Shown: positions 19,225-28,086 of the stretch, one piece after another
Layout of the letters: each line of letters begins with the position of its first letter
How positions within the stretch are numbered: the stretch's first letter is position 1
NCBI GenBank assembly: GCA_015060045.1
Contig: SUZH01000006.1
Span: forward strand, 53,354-117,353
DNA from: Rikenellaceae bacterium
Lineage (GTDB): Bacteria > Bacteroidota > Bacteroidia > Bacteroidales > Rikenellaceae
Direction of reading: 5' to 3'
DNA: 64,000 nucleotides
The notes under the pieces: model-generated
What the model was told of the DNA's origin: nothing
Database searches by the model: none
What the model saw: only the letters and a program-made list of their open reading frames with translations
Program-made: the position numbers and the translations under genes

Positions 19225-20367
19225 ATGAAACACTTATTGCTGACCCTTTGCGCCCTCTGCGCAACCCTTTCACTCGCAGCCCAGGAGGCGCTGCAGCCCA
19301 ACACGCTGCCCACCTCGCCCGAACAGCATGCCGACCGTTCGGTCACCTTCCGCTACACCGCTCCCGAGGCAAAGAGCGTCGTAGTTGTGGGCGATTTTGC
19401 CACTGAAAAACTCCCCATGACGCGCAACGCCGAAGGGATCTGGGAGGCAACGACCCAGCCCCTCGAGTCGGAGTTGTACAACTACGCATTTGAGGTGGAC
19501 GGCGTACGGGTCATCGACCCCTCGAATGTACACACCGTGCGTGACATTGCAACGACGAGTAACCTCTTCATTGTGAGCGGCGAACGGGGCGATCTATACA
19601 GTGTGCAGGATGTGCCGCACGGCACCATATCAAAGGTTTGGTACCCTTCACCCACGCTCGGCATGGAGCGTCGCATGACGATCTACACCCCGCCCGGTTA
19701 CGAGGAGGGCAAGGGGCGTTATCCGGTCTTTTACCTGCTGCACGGCATGGGAGGCGACGAGGAGGCGTGGCCGGCCTTGGGGCGTGCAGCCGAGATCCTC
19801 GACAACCTCATCGCACAGGGCAAGGCCGAGCAGATGATTGTCGTGATGACCAACGGCAACGCCATTCAGCAGGCCGCCCCGGGCCACTCCGCCGAGGGGC
19901 TCTACAAACCGCAATTCCAACTGCCAAAGACCATGGAGAGCTCGTTCGAGAAGTCGTTTGCGGATGTGTTGAAGTTCGTCGATAAACACTACCGCACCAT
20001 CGCCAAGCGCGAGAAACGCGCCATTGCCGGCCTCTCGATGGGCGGTTTCCATGCCCTGCATATTTCGCGCACGATGCCCAAAACATTCGACTATGTCGGC
20101 CTCTTCTCGGCCGCCACGATGAAGGGCAAAAACGAAACCTTCTACGCCGACATGGAGCAGACACTCAAAGCGCAGCGCGACAACGGATTCGAGCTCTACT
20201 GGATCGGCATTGGCAAGGAGGATTTCCTGTGGAAAATGAATGTCGAATTCCGCCAACAGCTCGATGCGATGGAGTTCCCCTACACGCTCCGCATCAGCGA
20301 GGGCGGCCACACCTGGCGCAACTGGAGAATCTACCTCTCGGAGTTTGCGCCGATGCTCTTCAAATAG
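19225..20367 (+). CDS. Secreted esterase (Esterase-D/CE1-like alpha/beta hydrolase) with an N-terminal CBM48/E-set-like domain
   Basis: It has a signal peptide and an N-domain VTFRYTAPEAKSVVVVGDF...GIWEAT...YNYAFEVDG. The catalytic part has YPVFYLLHGMGGDE and the nucleophile elbow GLSMGG. It starts 15 nt after the LytTR gene. Confidence 0.75.
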   Translation: MKHLLLTLCALCATLSLAAQEALQPNTLPTSPEQHADRSVTFRYTAPEAKSVVVVGDFATEKLPMTRNAEGIWEATTQPLESELYNYAFEVDGVRVIDPSNVHTVRDIATTSNLFIVSGERGDLYSVQDVPHGTISKVWYPSPTLGMERRMTIYTPPGYEEGKGRYPVFYLLHGMGGDEEAWPALGRAAEILDNLIAQGKAEQMIVVMTNGNAIQQAAPGHSAEGLYKPQFQLPKTMESSFEKSFADVLKFVDKHYRTIAKREKRAIAGLSMGGFHALHISRTMPKTFDYVGLFSAATMKGKNETFYADMEQTLKAQRDNGFELYWIGIGKEDFLWKMNVEFRQQLDAMEFPYTLRISEGGHTWRNWRIYLSEFAPMLFK

Positions 20368-20395
20368 GCAGCAAATCACTTTACTTTATACGATA

Positions 20396-20429
20396 AGAGC
20401 CTTCCTATTTGCAGGTAGGCTCTTTTTTT
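20396..20429 (+). terminator. Rho-independent terminator after the esterase gene
   Basis: The stem is agagccttcc / ggtaggctct (one mismatch), followed by TTTTTTT. Confidence 0.7.
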
Positions 20430-20430
20430 G

Positions 20431-20438
20431 TATCTTTG
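20431..20438 (+). promoter_or_regulatory. -7 box TATCTTTG for trkH
   Basis: An exact TAnnTTTG match 24 nt upstream of ATG 20463. Confidence 0.6.
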
Positions 20439-20462
20439 TCTTTGTTTCCAACCAACACCACG

Positions 20463-22289
20463 ATGAAACACTTTTCCTGGAAGCCGCTGTGGCCCTCTAC
20501 GCAGACCCAACGTCGCATCCGTTTTTGGGTGCAGACGCTCTCGTTTATGGTCTCGGTAGTGGTGTTGGGAGCCCTGTTTATCGATTACGGCTACACGTTG
20601 AAGCCCCACGAGACGGAATATGTCCATGCCATCTACCACTTCGGCAAACTCTTTTACCTGATTCTCTTCTCGGCCACACTGCTGCTGCATATTCGCCGTC
20701 TGCGACGCAAGGCTATCTTCATGACTCTTATCACGGGGTTGGCTCTCTACTCGCTTGTGCTCCCCCATTGGTTCCCTCTGGCCTCGGCCGAGAGTCCGCT
20801 TCGGGGGGTGTGGCACCTGTTCGAGAACACCTATTACGTCGGGGCTATCCTTGGGCTGTTTGCCACCATGGAGCTTTCGCGGGCCGTGGTCAATTTCATC
20901 AACAAACGCACCAATCCTGCCCTGATGCTGGCCGCAGGATTCGCCGTCATCATTGCAATCGGCACCCTGCTGCTGCTCGTCCCGCGCTCCACCCTGCCCC
21001 ACATCCACCTTTCGGTGGTCGATGCCCTCTTTGTGGCCACTTCGTCGGTCTGTGTCACGGGACTTTCGCCCGTTGAATTGGCCACCACCTTCACCCTCGA
21101 AGGGCAGACCGTCATCCTGCTCCTGATTCAAATCGGAGGTCTGGGTGTGATGACCATCACGAGCTTTTTCGCCCTCTTTTTCATGGGCAACACGGGCCTT
21201 TACAACCAATTTGCCCTGCGCGATATGCTCTCCTCGGAGACCTTCTCGTCGCTCGTCTCGGCCCTGCTCTACATCCTGGGCTTCACCTTCGTTATCGAGT
21301 TATGTGGGGCGGCTCTGATTTGGCACAGCATCCACGGCACGCTCGGCTACTCGCTCCATGAAGAGCTTTACTTCTCGCTCTTTCATGCCGTTTCGGCCTT
21401 CTGCAATGCCGGCTTCTCGACCCTCGAAGGGAATCTGGGCAACGAGGCGATTCTCACCGCCCACAACGGATTCTACCTCTGGATTTCGCTCCTTATCATC
21501 CTGGGCGGTATCGGATTCCCGATTCTGGTCAATTTCAAAGATATCCTCTTCTACCACCTCCGCATGGCGGCCTACCGCCTCCTCGGCGTGGGACAGAAGC
21601 CGATACGCTACCGCCACCTGACGAACATCAACACGAAAATCGTCCTCTTCATCACCGCCCTGCTGCTGGTCGGCGGCACCCTCTGGGTAGGCTGCCTGGA
21701 GTGGAACGGAGCCTTCCACGGCATGACCACGGGCGAGAAGCTGACCCAATCCCTCTTCAATGCCGTAGCCCCGCGAACGGCCGGATTCAACAGCGTGGAC
21801 CTGCGCGAATTTTCGTTTATGACCCTGCTCGGCTACCTCTTCCTGATGTGGGTCGGAGGTGGTTCGCAGTCCACGGCGGGTGGTCTGAAGGTCAATACAC
21901 TCGGTGTGGCGTGGGCCAACTTCCTATCCGTAATACGCGGGCGCGAACGGGTCACCCTCTTCGGCCGTGAGATTCCGGCCGAATCGGTACGCCGAGCCTC
22001 GGCCACCATCTTTGCCTCGATGAGCGCGATAATCACGGCCTTCGTGCTGCTCGTTGCCATCGAACCTACGATTCACCCCGCACGGCTGCTGTTCGAGACC
22101 ATATCGGCCCTCTCGACCGTCGGGTCGTCGTTGGGCGTAACCCCCGAATTGGGCGAGGCGGGCAAACTCATCCTGACGGGATTGATGTTCATGGGGCGTG
22201 TCGGCCTGATTACCGTGCTGATGAGCCTCCTGCCCGCACGTCCCGACCCGAAATATCGCCTCCCGAAAGACAATGTAATCATCAACTAA
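20463..22289 (+). CDS. trkH: TrkH/KtrB-family potassium uptake membrane subunit
   Basis: Start moved to ATG 20463, downstream of the promoter box. It is a polytopic protein with repeated selectivity-filter-like GLS/GGS motifs (TGLSP, TAGFN, GGSQSTAGGLK, VGSSLG). Confidence 0.85.
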   Translation: MKHFSWKPLWPSTQTQRRIRFWVQTLSFMVSVVVLGALFIDYGYTLKPHETEYVHAIYHFGKLFYLILFSATLLLHIRRLRRKAIFMTLITGLALYSLVLPHWFPLASAESPLRGVWHLFENTYYVGAILGLFATMELSRAVVNFINKRTNPALMLAAGFAVIIAIGTLLLLVPRSTLPHIHLSVVDALFVATSSVCVTGLSPVELATTFTLEGQTVILLLIQIGGLGVMTITSFFALFFMGNTGLYNQFALRDMLSSETFSSLVSALLYILGFTFVIELCGAALIWHSIHGTLGYSLHEELYFSLFHAVSAFCNAGFSTLEGNLGNEAILTAHNGFYLWISLLIILGGIGFPILVNFKDILFYHLRMAAYRLLGVGQKPIRYRHLTNINTKIVLFITALLLVGGTLWVGCLEWNGAFHGMTTGEKLTQSLFNAVAPRTAGFNSVDLREFSFMTLLGYLFLMWVGGGSQSTAGGLKVNTLGVAWANFLSVIRGRERVTLFGREIPAESVRRASATIFASMSAIITAFVLLVAIEPTIHPARLLFETISALSTVGSSLGVTPELGEAGKLILTGLMFMGRVGLITVLMSLLPARPDPKYRLPKDNVIIN

Positions 22290-22302
22290 CACCCTAATAG
22301 GT

Positions 22303-22722
22303 ATGAAATATTTAGTCATTGGATTGGGTAACTTCGGTAAAACGCTGGCCGAGGAGCTGACCGAGCAAGGCAACGATGTGATCGGCATCGACCTGAACGA
22401 GCACCGCATCGAAGAGGTCAAAAATCGCATTGCGGTGGCCTATATCCTCGATGCCACCGAGAAGGCGGCCCTGAGGGCCCTGCCTTTGGACGATATCGAC
22501 TGCGCCATCGTGGCCATCGGCCAAAGCATGGATGCTTCGCTGCGCACCGTGGCGGCACTCAAAGAGCTGGGTGTAAGACAGATTTATGCCCGCGCCCTCG
22601 ATGCAACGCACCAATCCATCCTTGCCGCCATGTCGATTCGTCGCATCTTCATTCCCGAGAGCTATGCGGCCCGCTCCTTCGCCCGCAAACTCGGTAACAA
22701 CGAAGAGGCCGAATTGTTATAA
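22303..22722 (+). CDS. trkA: Short TrkA/KtrA-like RCK_N (NAD-binding) protein with no RCK_C domain
   Basis: [16 protein letters not shown] forms a Rossmann GxGxxG motif. The protein is 139 aa and lies immediately after trkH. Confidence 0.75.
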   Translation: MKYLVIGLGNFGKTLAEELTEQGNDVIGIDLNEHRIEEVKNRIAVAYILDATEKAALRALPLDDIDCAIVAIGQSMDASLRTVAALKELGVRQIYARALDATHQSILAAMSIRRIFIPESYAARSFARKLGNNEEAELL

Positions 22723-22774
22723 CGCTCGCCTAAAATTTTATGCCGCGAGTGGCTCGTTGCGCCGAATTTTTCAC

Positions 22775-22782
22775 TATCTTTG
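22775..22782 (+). promoter_or_regulatory. -7 box TATCTTTG for purC
   Basis: An exact motif ~40 nt upstream of ATG 22823. Confidence 0.6.
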
Positions 22783-22822
22783 CGCATCCAAACAAGCACA
22801 ATCAAACAAAAAACATATCCAA

Positions 22823-23767
22823 ATGGAAGCTATCGTAAAGACCAATTTCAACCTGCCGGGTCAGCAGGATCACTATGTAGGTAAGGTACGCGATGTCTAT
22901 TCGATCGAGGGCGACTACCTCGTGATGGTCGTTTCGGACCGCATCTCGGCCTTTGATGTCGTACTGCCGAAGGGCATCCCCTTCAAGGGACAGGTACTGA
23001 ACCAAATCGCCGCAAAATTCCTCGATGCCACGTCGGACATTCTGCCCAACTGGAAGATTGCCGTACCCGATCCGATGGTGACCGTCGGCCACAAGTGCGA
23101 GCCCTTCAAGGTCGAGATGGTTATCCGCGGCTACCTCTCGGGCCACGCATGGCGCGAGTACAAGGCCGGCAAGCGCACAATCTGCGGTGTAGAGATGCCC
23201 GAGGGCATGGTTGAGAACCAGAAGTTCCCCACCCCGATCATCACCCCGACGACGAAGGCCGCCGAGGGTCACGACGAGGATATCTCGAAGGAGGAGATTA
23301 TCGCACAGGGCATCGTAAGCCGTGAGGATTACGAGCAGCTGGAGGCCTACACGCGCGCTATCTTCGAGCGCGGTACGGAGATCGCCGCCAAGATGGGGCT
23401 GATTCTGGTGGATACGAAATATGAGTTCGGTAAGAAGAACGGCGTGATCTACCTCATGGACGAGATCCACACCCCCGATTCGTCGCGTTACTTCTACGCC
23501 GAGGGCTACGAGGAGCGCCTGGCAAAGGGCGAGAAGCAGAAGCAGCTCTCGAAGGAGTTCGTACGCGAGTGGCTGATGGCCAACGGTTTCCAGGGTCTGG
23601 AGGGTCAGCAGGTTCCCGAAATGACCGACGAGATTGTTGCCAGCATCACCGACCGCTACATCGAGCTCTACGAGAACATCACGGGCGAAAAGTTCTGCAA
23701 GGCCGAGGGTGAGAACATCGAGGAGCGCATCGAGAAGAACGTGACCGAGTGGTTGAATAACCTCTAA
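22823..23767 (+). CDS. purC: Phosphoribosylaminoimidazole-succinocarboxamide (SAICAR) synthase
   Basis: Start moved to ATG 22823 ([14 protein letters not shown]...). Diagnostic blocks are [17 protein letters not shown] and LVDTKYEFG. Confidence 0.9.
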   Translation: MEAIVKTNFNLPGQQDHYVGKVRDVYSIEGDYLVMVVSDRISAFDVVLPKGIPFKGQVLNQIAAKFLDATSDILPNWKIAVPDPMVTVGHKCEPFKVEMVIRGYLSGHAWREYKAGKRTICGVEMPEGMVENQKFPTPIITPTTKAAEGHDEDISKEEIIAQGIVSREDYEQLEAYTRAIFERGTEIAAKMGLILVDTKYEFGKKNGVIYLMDEIHTPDSSRYFYAEGYEERLAKGEKQKQLSKEFVREWLMANGFQGLEGQQVPEMTDEIVASITDRYIELYENITGEKFCKAEGENIEERIEKNVTEWLNNL

Positions 23768-23790
23768 ATCGGAAGTTCTTACATACCAAA

Positions 23791-23821
23791 AGCCACTCCC
23801 GTTTCCGGGGGTGGCTTTTTC
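23791..23821 (+). terminator. Rho-independent terminator after purC
   Basis: The stem is agccactccc / gggggtggct, followed by TTTTT. Confidence 0.7.
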
Positions 23822-23960
23822 AATGGCCCGCGCTCCACAACGGCCTTCGAAGAGGCTTCTTGACTGATAACGAATCGGTTAATTGAGGTACGCATCGCAT
23901 CCTGGATGGCGGCACAAACAAAAAAATCGACGGAGGTTTGGATTTTTGGAAAAAGGTTTC

Positions 23961-23968
23961 TATCTTTG
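23961..23968 (+). promoter_or_regulatory. -7 box TATCTTTG for tRNA-Leu
   Basis: An exact motif ending 27 nt before the tRNA 5' end. Confidence 0.6.
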
Positions 23969-23995
23969 TCGTCCCGATTCAACGATTATCGGCCT

Positions 23996-24079
23996 GCCCG
24001 GATGGCGGAATCGGTAGACGCGTTGGTCTCAAACACCAATGTCAGCAATGACGTGCCGGTTCGACCCCGGCTCCGGGTA
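23996..24079 (+). tRNA. tRNA-Leu (anticodon CAA), class II with a long variable arm; CCA not encoded
   Basis: Hand-folded: acceptor GCCCGGA/TCCGGGT, anticodon stem TTGGT/ACCAA with loop CTCAAAC, T-arm GCCGG-TTCGACC-CCGGC, discriminator A. Confidence 0.85.
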
Positions 24080-24082
24080 CGA

Positions 24083-24115
24083 AAGAGAGAAACTTTTGTT
24101 TCTCTCTTTTTTTTG
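24083..24115 (+). terminator. Rho-independent terminator after tRNA-Leu
   Basis: The stem is aagagagaaac / gtttctctctt, followed by a T8 run. Confidence 0.8.
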
Positions 24116-24340
24116 TGTCCGGAGCCGGGGTCGCAGCTTCGGTGGCGGTGTGGCAGACTTATCTACACTCGGTAGTTGTTTGCTTACGCAAACATCCGTT
24201 GTTGCTGAACGATTGTGGCTGAAAATAAATTTTCGCCACCTCGTTCATCAACCCCTACAATCTGCGATTGCACTACCTCGCTTCGGTCTGCTCAAACCTG
24301 CTGCGAACCTTCGACCACCAATCTTTAGGGAATGTAACTG

Positions 24341-24400
24341 CTCCTTTAGTTACCTTTAGCTACCTTTAATTGCCTTTAATTCCCCTTAGTAGCCCTTAAT
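24341..24400. repeat. Six consecutive 10-bp units (ctcctttagt tacctttagc tacctttaat tgcctttaat tccccttagt agcccttaat)
   Basis: Read directly from the sequence. The period is exactly 10 bp with consensus TnCCTTTARY. Confidence 0.85.
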
Positions 24401-24489
24401 TCGTCGGCCTTCTTTTGAATTTTAAATTAAAATTCATACCTTCGCGGCCGAAAGTTAGGTTAATAAAAAATTTTAATTTCAACAAATCC

Positions 24490-26184
24490 ATGAATTTACG
24501 CAGCGCTATCGACTTCCAACCCAAACTTTTGAGTTGCCTGCGACACTACAACAAAGAGACCTTTTCGCGTGACGTAATGGCCGGAATCATCGTCGGCATC
24601 GTCGCCATTCCGCTCGCCATCGCCTTTGGTATTGCCTCGGGCGTAGGCCCGACGGAGGGTCTTGTAACGGCCATCATCGCCGGCCTTCTGATCTCCGTAT
24701 TCGGCGGATCGAAGGTGCAGATCGGCGGCCCTACGGGTGCCTTTATCGTCATCATCTACGGCATCATCCAGCAGTTCGGCCTGGGTGGTCTGGCCATCGC
24801 CACGATTATGGCGGGTATCATTCTGATCGTAATGGGCTTATGCAAGCTCGGCACGATCATCAAGTTCATGCCCTACCCCATCATCATCGGCTTCACGGGC
24901 GGTATCGCCATCACGATCTTCTCGACCCAGATGAACGACCTCTTCGGCCTCGGCATTGCGGATGTTCCGGCCAACTTCATCGACAAGTGGATCTGCTACT
25001 TCCAGCACCTCGGCCAAATCAACTGGTGGGCCTTCGCTGTGGGTATTTTGAGCATCTTGATCATCTGCTACACGCCGAAAATCTCGAAGAAGATCCCCGG
25101 ATCGCTGGCCGCCATCGTGCTGATGACGCTGCTGTGCTGGGCGCTGAAGCAATTTGCCGGCATTGATTCGATCAAGACGATCGGCGATCTGTACGAGTTG
25201 CCGTCGGGCCTTCCCTCGCTTACGATGCCCGACCTGAGCGCACTGACCTCCTTCGAGTCGATTCAGCAGCTCCTCCCCGTAGCCTTCACGATTGCCATGC
25301 TGGGCGCTATCGAGTCGCTCCTCTCGGCCATGGTGGCTGACGGTGTGATCGGTGACCGCCACAACTCGAACACGGAGCTCATCGGCCAGGGTATTGCCAA
25401 CGTCGTAGTTCCCTTCTTCGGCGGTATCCCTGCCACGGGTGCCATTGCCCGTACGATGGCCAACATCAACAACGGTGGTCGCACGCCGATTGCCGGTGTC
25501 GTACACACGATCGTACTGCTCATGGTGCTCCTGTTCCTGGGTGGTCTGGTAGGCGCGATTCCGATGCCCTGCCTGGCCGGTGTGTTGATCATGGTGTCGT
25601 ACAACATGAGCGGTTGGCGCACGATCCGTTCGATGTGCCGCCAGGAGAAATCGAACGTGCTGGTACTCTTCACGACCCTCTTCCTGACGGTGATCTTCGA
25701 CCTGACGATCGCTATCGAGGTGGGTCTGGTAATGGCCATCGTCCTCTTCATGAAGCGAATCATGGAGAACACACATATCTCGGTGCTGCACAACGAGTTG
25801 GAGGTACACCACGACGGCGAGCGCGACGAGCGCCTTACGATCCCCGCCCACACGGAGGTCTACGAGATCGACGGCCCCTTCTTCTTCGGTATTGCCACCA
25901 AGTTTGAGGAGCTGGCCCGTATGCGCGATGCCGAGCCGATCCGCATCGTGCGTATGCGTAAGGTGTCGTTCATCGATGCCACGGGTTTGCATAACCTCGA
26001 GATCTTCGTAACAGCCTCGCTGCAGCAGGGGCAGAAGGTGATTCTCTCGGGTGTAAACGAGTCGGTTTACCACGAGATCGAGCGCAGCGGCATCCTGGAG
26101 TTGGTCGGCAAGGAGAATGTCCTGGACCACATCCACAAGGCCATCAAGCGCGCCGAGGAGCTTGCCAAGGAGTACGACAAATAG
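24490..26184 (+). CDS. SulP-family anion (sulfate/bicarbonate-type) permease with a C-terminal STAS domain
   Basis: Start moved to ATG 24490 (the track start 24415 is TTG). Diagnostic blocks are DVMAGIIVGIVAIPLAIAF, the polytopic core, and STAS-like VYEIDGPFFFG...VSFIDATGLHNLE. Confidence 0.85.
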   Translation: MNLRSAIDFQPKLLSCLRHYNKETFSRDVMAGIIVGIVAIPLAIAFGIASGVGPTEGLVTAIIAGLLISVFGGSKVQIGGPTGAFIVIIYGIIQQFGLGGLAIATIMAGIILIVMGLCKLGTIIKFMPYPIIIGFTGGIAITIFSTQMNDLFGLGIADVPANFIDKWICYFQHLGQINWWAFAVGILSILIICYTPKISKKIPGSLAAIVLMTLLCWALKQFAGIDSIKTIGDLYELPSGLPSLTMPDLSALTSFESIQQLLPVAFTIAMLGAIESLLSAMVADGVIGDRHNSNTELIGQGIANVVVPFFGGIPATGAIARTMANINNGGRTPIAGVVHTIVLLMVLLFLGGLVGAIPMPCLAGVLIMVSYNMSGWRTIRSMCRQEKSNVLVLFTTLFLTVIFDLTIAIEVGLVMAIVLFMKRIMENTHISVLHNELEVHHDGERDERLTIPAHTEVYEIDGPFFFGIATKFEELARMRDAEPIRIVRMRKVSFIDATGLHNLEIFVTASLQQGQKVILSGVNESVYHEIERSGILELVGKENVLDHIHKAIKRAEELAKEYDK

Positions 26185-26203
26185 TTATCGGCATGATATT
26201 TCA

Positions 26204-26236
26204 AAGAGGGGAGAATTGTTTTCTTCCCTCTTTTTC
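26204..26236 (+). terminator. Rho-independent terminator after the SulP gene
   Basis: The stem is aagaggggagaa / ttcttccctctt (one mismatch), followed by a T-run. Confidence 0.65.
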
Positions 26237-26237
26237 T

Positions 26238-26245
26238 TATCTTTG
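26238..26245 (+). promoter_or_regulatory. -7 box TATCTTTG for uvrC, only 5 nt before the ATG
   Basis: An exact motif, with the ATG at 26251. Confidence 0.55.
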
Positions 26246-26250
26246 CAGCA

Positions 26251-28086
26251 ATGACGACCGACAAAAAAGCGTTGAAAGAGCAGGTGGCTCTCTTGCCACT
26301 CTCGCCCGGGGTCTATCAATTCTTGGACCGCACGGGAACGATCATCTATGTCGGTAAAGCAAAAAGCCTCCGCAAGCGTGTTTCGTCCTACTTTGTCGAG
26401 AGCAAGGAGCACTCGGCCAAGGTGCGCGTCTTGGTCAAACAGATTGTCGAGATTCGCCACATCGTGGTCGATACGGAGCAGGATGCCCTCCTGTTAGAGA
26501 ACTCGCTGATTAAGAGCCTGCAACCTCGCTACAACATCCTGCTCAAGGATGACAAAACCTACCCCTGGATTGTCGTTCGGCGCGAGCCCTTCCCGCGCGT
26601 ACTATCCACCCGCCAAGTGGTACGCGACGGCTCACAATATTATGGCCCTTACAGCTCGATCTCGATGCAACGCAGCATCCTGGAGTTTATCCGCGAGGTG
26701 ATACCTTTGCGTACCTGCAAACTCAACCTTTCGCCGCAGGCCATCGCCCGCGGGAAATACGGGGTCTGCCTGCAGTACCACATCGGCAACTGCAAAGGGC
26801 CCTGCATCGGGGCACAGAGCGAGGAGGAGTATGCCTCGCAACTCGACCTGGTGCACGCCATTCTGAAGGGCGACCTGCGCCCCGTACGCCGCTACCTGAC
26901 CGAAGAGATGGAACGGGCGGCCTCGGCGCTGAAATTCGAACAGGCGCAGGGCTACAAGCAGCGACTCGATGCACTCGACAACTACGCCTCGAAGTCGGTC
27001 ATTGTCAGCACAAAAATCCAGGATGTCGATGTCTTCTCGCTCCTGGTGGACGACGACGTGGCCTTCTGCAACTTTGTCCGCATCCGCCACGGCTCGATCG
27101 TAGGAGTCACAACCCTGCGCCTCTCAACGGGTATCGAAAGTTCGGAGGCCGACATGCTCACGCTGGCCATCCAGCATGCTGTCGAGGGGCTTACCGAAGG
27201 GAAATTGGCCCGCGAGGTGATTGTCCCATTCCTGCCGTCTGCTACGATGCTCTTCGACGGAGTCACCTTTACGGTTCCGAAGCGTGGCGAGAAGCTCGAA
27301 TTGCTTGAATTTTCACAAAAGAGCGCCCGCATCTACCGTGCCGAGCAGCTCAAAAACCTCGAAATCAAGAACCCCGAACGCCACACCGAACGCCTGATGG
27401 AGGCGATGCGGAAGGAGCTGCACCTCAAGGAGCAACCACGCCACATCGAGTGCTTCGATAACTCGAACCTGCAAGGCTCTTACCCCGTCGCTTCGTGCGT
27501 TGTTTTCCGCGACGGCAAGCCCTCACGCAAGGAGTACCGCCACTTCAACGTCAAGACGGTCGAGGGGCCCGACGACTTCGCCTCGATGCGCGAGATTGTC
27601 TATCGCCGCTACTCGCGTCTACTGGAGGAGGGGCAGGAGCTGCCTGATCTGATCATTGTCGATGGCGGCAAGGGACAGCTTTCGAGCGCCTACGAGGTGC
27701 TTTGTGCGCTGGGGATCGAAAACCGCGTGCCGATCGTGGGTCTGGCCAAGCGCATCGAGGAGATCTTCTTCCCGGGCGACCCGATGCCCTATTACCTCTC
27801 GCGCACGGGCGAACCGCTCAAGGTGGTGTGTCACATCCGTGACGAGGCGCACCGCTTCGGCATCACGTTCCACCGCCAAAAACGCAGCAAAGATTTTATC
27901 CACAGCGAGTTGGAGCAAATCGAAGGCATCGGCACCAAGAGTATTCAGGCACTACTGACCCACTTCCGCACTGTCGAGAAGGTTCGTGCGGCTCATGTCG
28001 AGGAGCTGGCCGGTGTTGTGGGGCAGGCCAAAGCGCGAAAAATCAAGCAACACTTTGATAACGAAACAAATACCAAACAACGATGA
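26251..28086 (+). CDS. uvrC: Excinuclease ABC subunit C
   Basis: It has a GIY-YIG N-terminus (PGVYQFLDRTGTIIYVGKAKSLRKRVSSYF), a UVR domain, an endonuclease V-like domain and a C-terminal HhH. Length is 611 aa. Confidence 0.93.
   Translation: MTTDKKALKEQVALLPLSPGVYQFLDRTGTIIYVGKAKSLRKRVSSYFVESKEHSAKVRVLVKQIVEIRHIVVDTEQDALLLENSLIKSLQPRYNILLKDDKTYPWIVVRREPFPRVLSTRQVVRDGSQYYGPYSSISMQRSILEFIREVIPLRTCKLNLSPQAIARGKYGVCLQYHIGNCKGPCIGAQSEEEYASQLDLVHAILKGDLRPVRRYLTEEMERAASALKFEQAQGYKQRLDALDNYASKSVIVSTKIQDVDVFSLLVDDDVAFCNFVRIRHGSIVGVTTLRLSTGIESSEADMLTLAIQHAVEGLTEGKLAREVIVPFLPSATMLFDGVTFTVPKRGEKLELLEFSQKSARIYRAEQLKNLEIKNPERHTERLMEAMRKELHLKEQPRHIECFDNSNLQGSYPVASCVVFRDGKPSRKEYRHFNVKTVEGPDDFASMREIVYRRYSRLLEEGQELPDLIIVDGGKGQLSSAYEVLCALGIENRVPIVGLAKRIEEIFFPGDPMPYYLSRTGEPLKVVCHIRDEAHRFGITFHRQKRSKDFIHSELEQIEGIGTKSIQALLTHFRTVEKVRAAHVEELAGVVGQAKARKIKQHFDNETNTKQR

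Noticed and set aside
23906-24359. ORFs 23906..24175 and 24039..24359 around the tRNA
   Set aside because: They run straight through the tRNA-Leu gene and its terminator and have no coding-like composition.
24341-24400. A CRISPR array (considered for all the short tandem repeats in the window)
   Set aside because: The units are 7-10 bp with no unique spacers, the 67-bp repeat has only two copies, and there are no cas genes.
23996-24490. A genomic island integrated at tRNA-Leu
   Set aside because: There is no integrase, no direct repeat of the tRNA 3' end (only an inverted copy), and the flanking genes are ordinary housekeeping genes.
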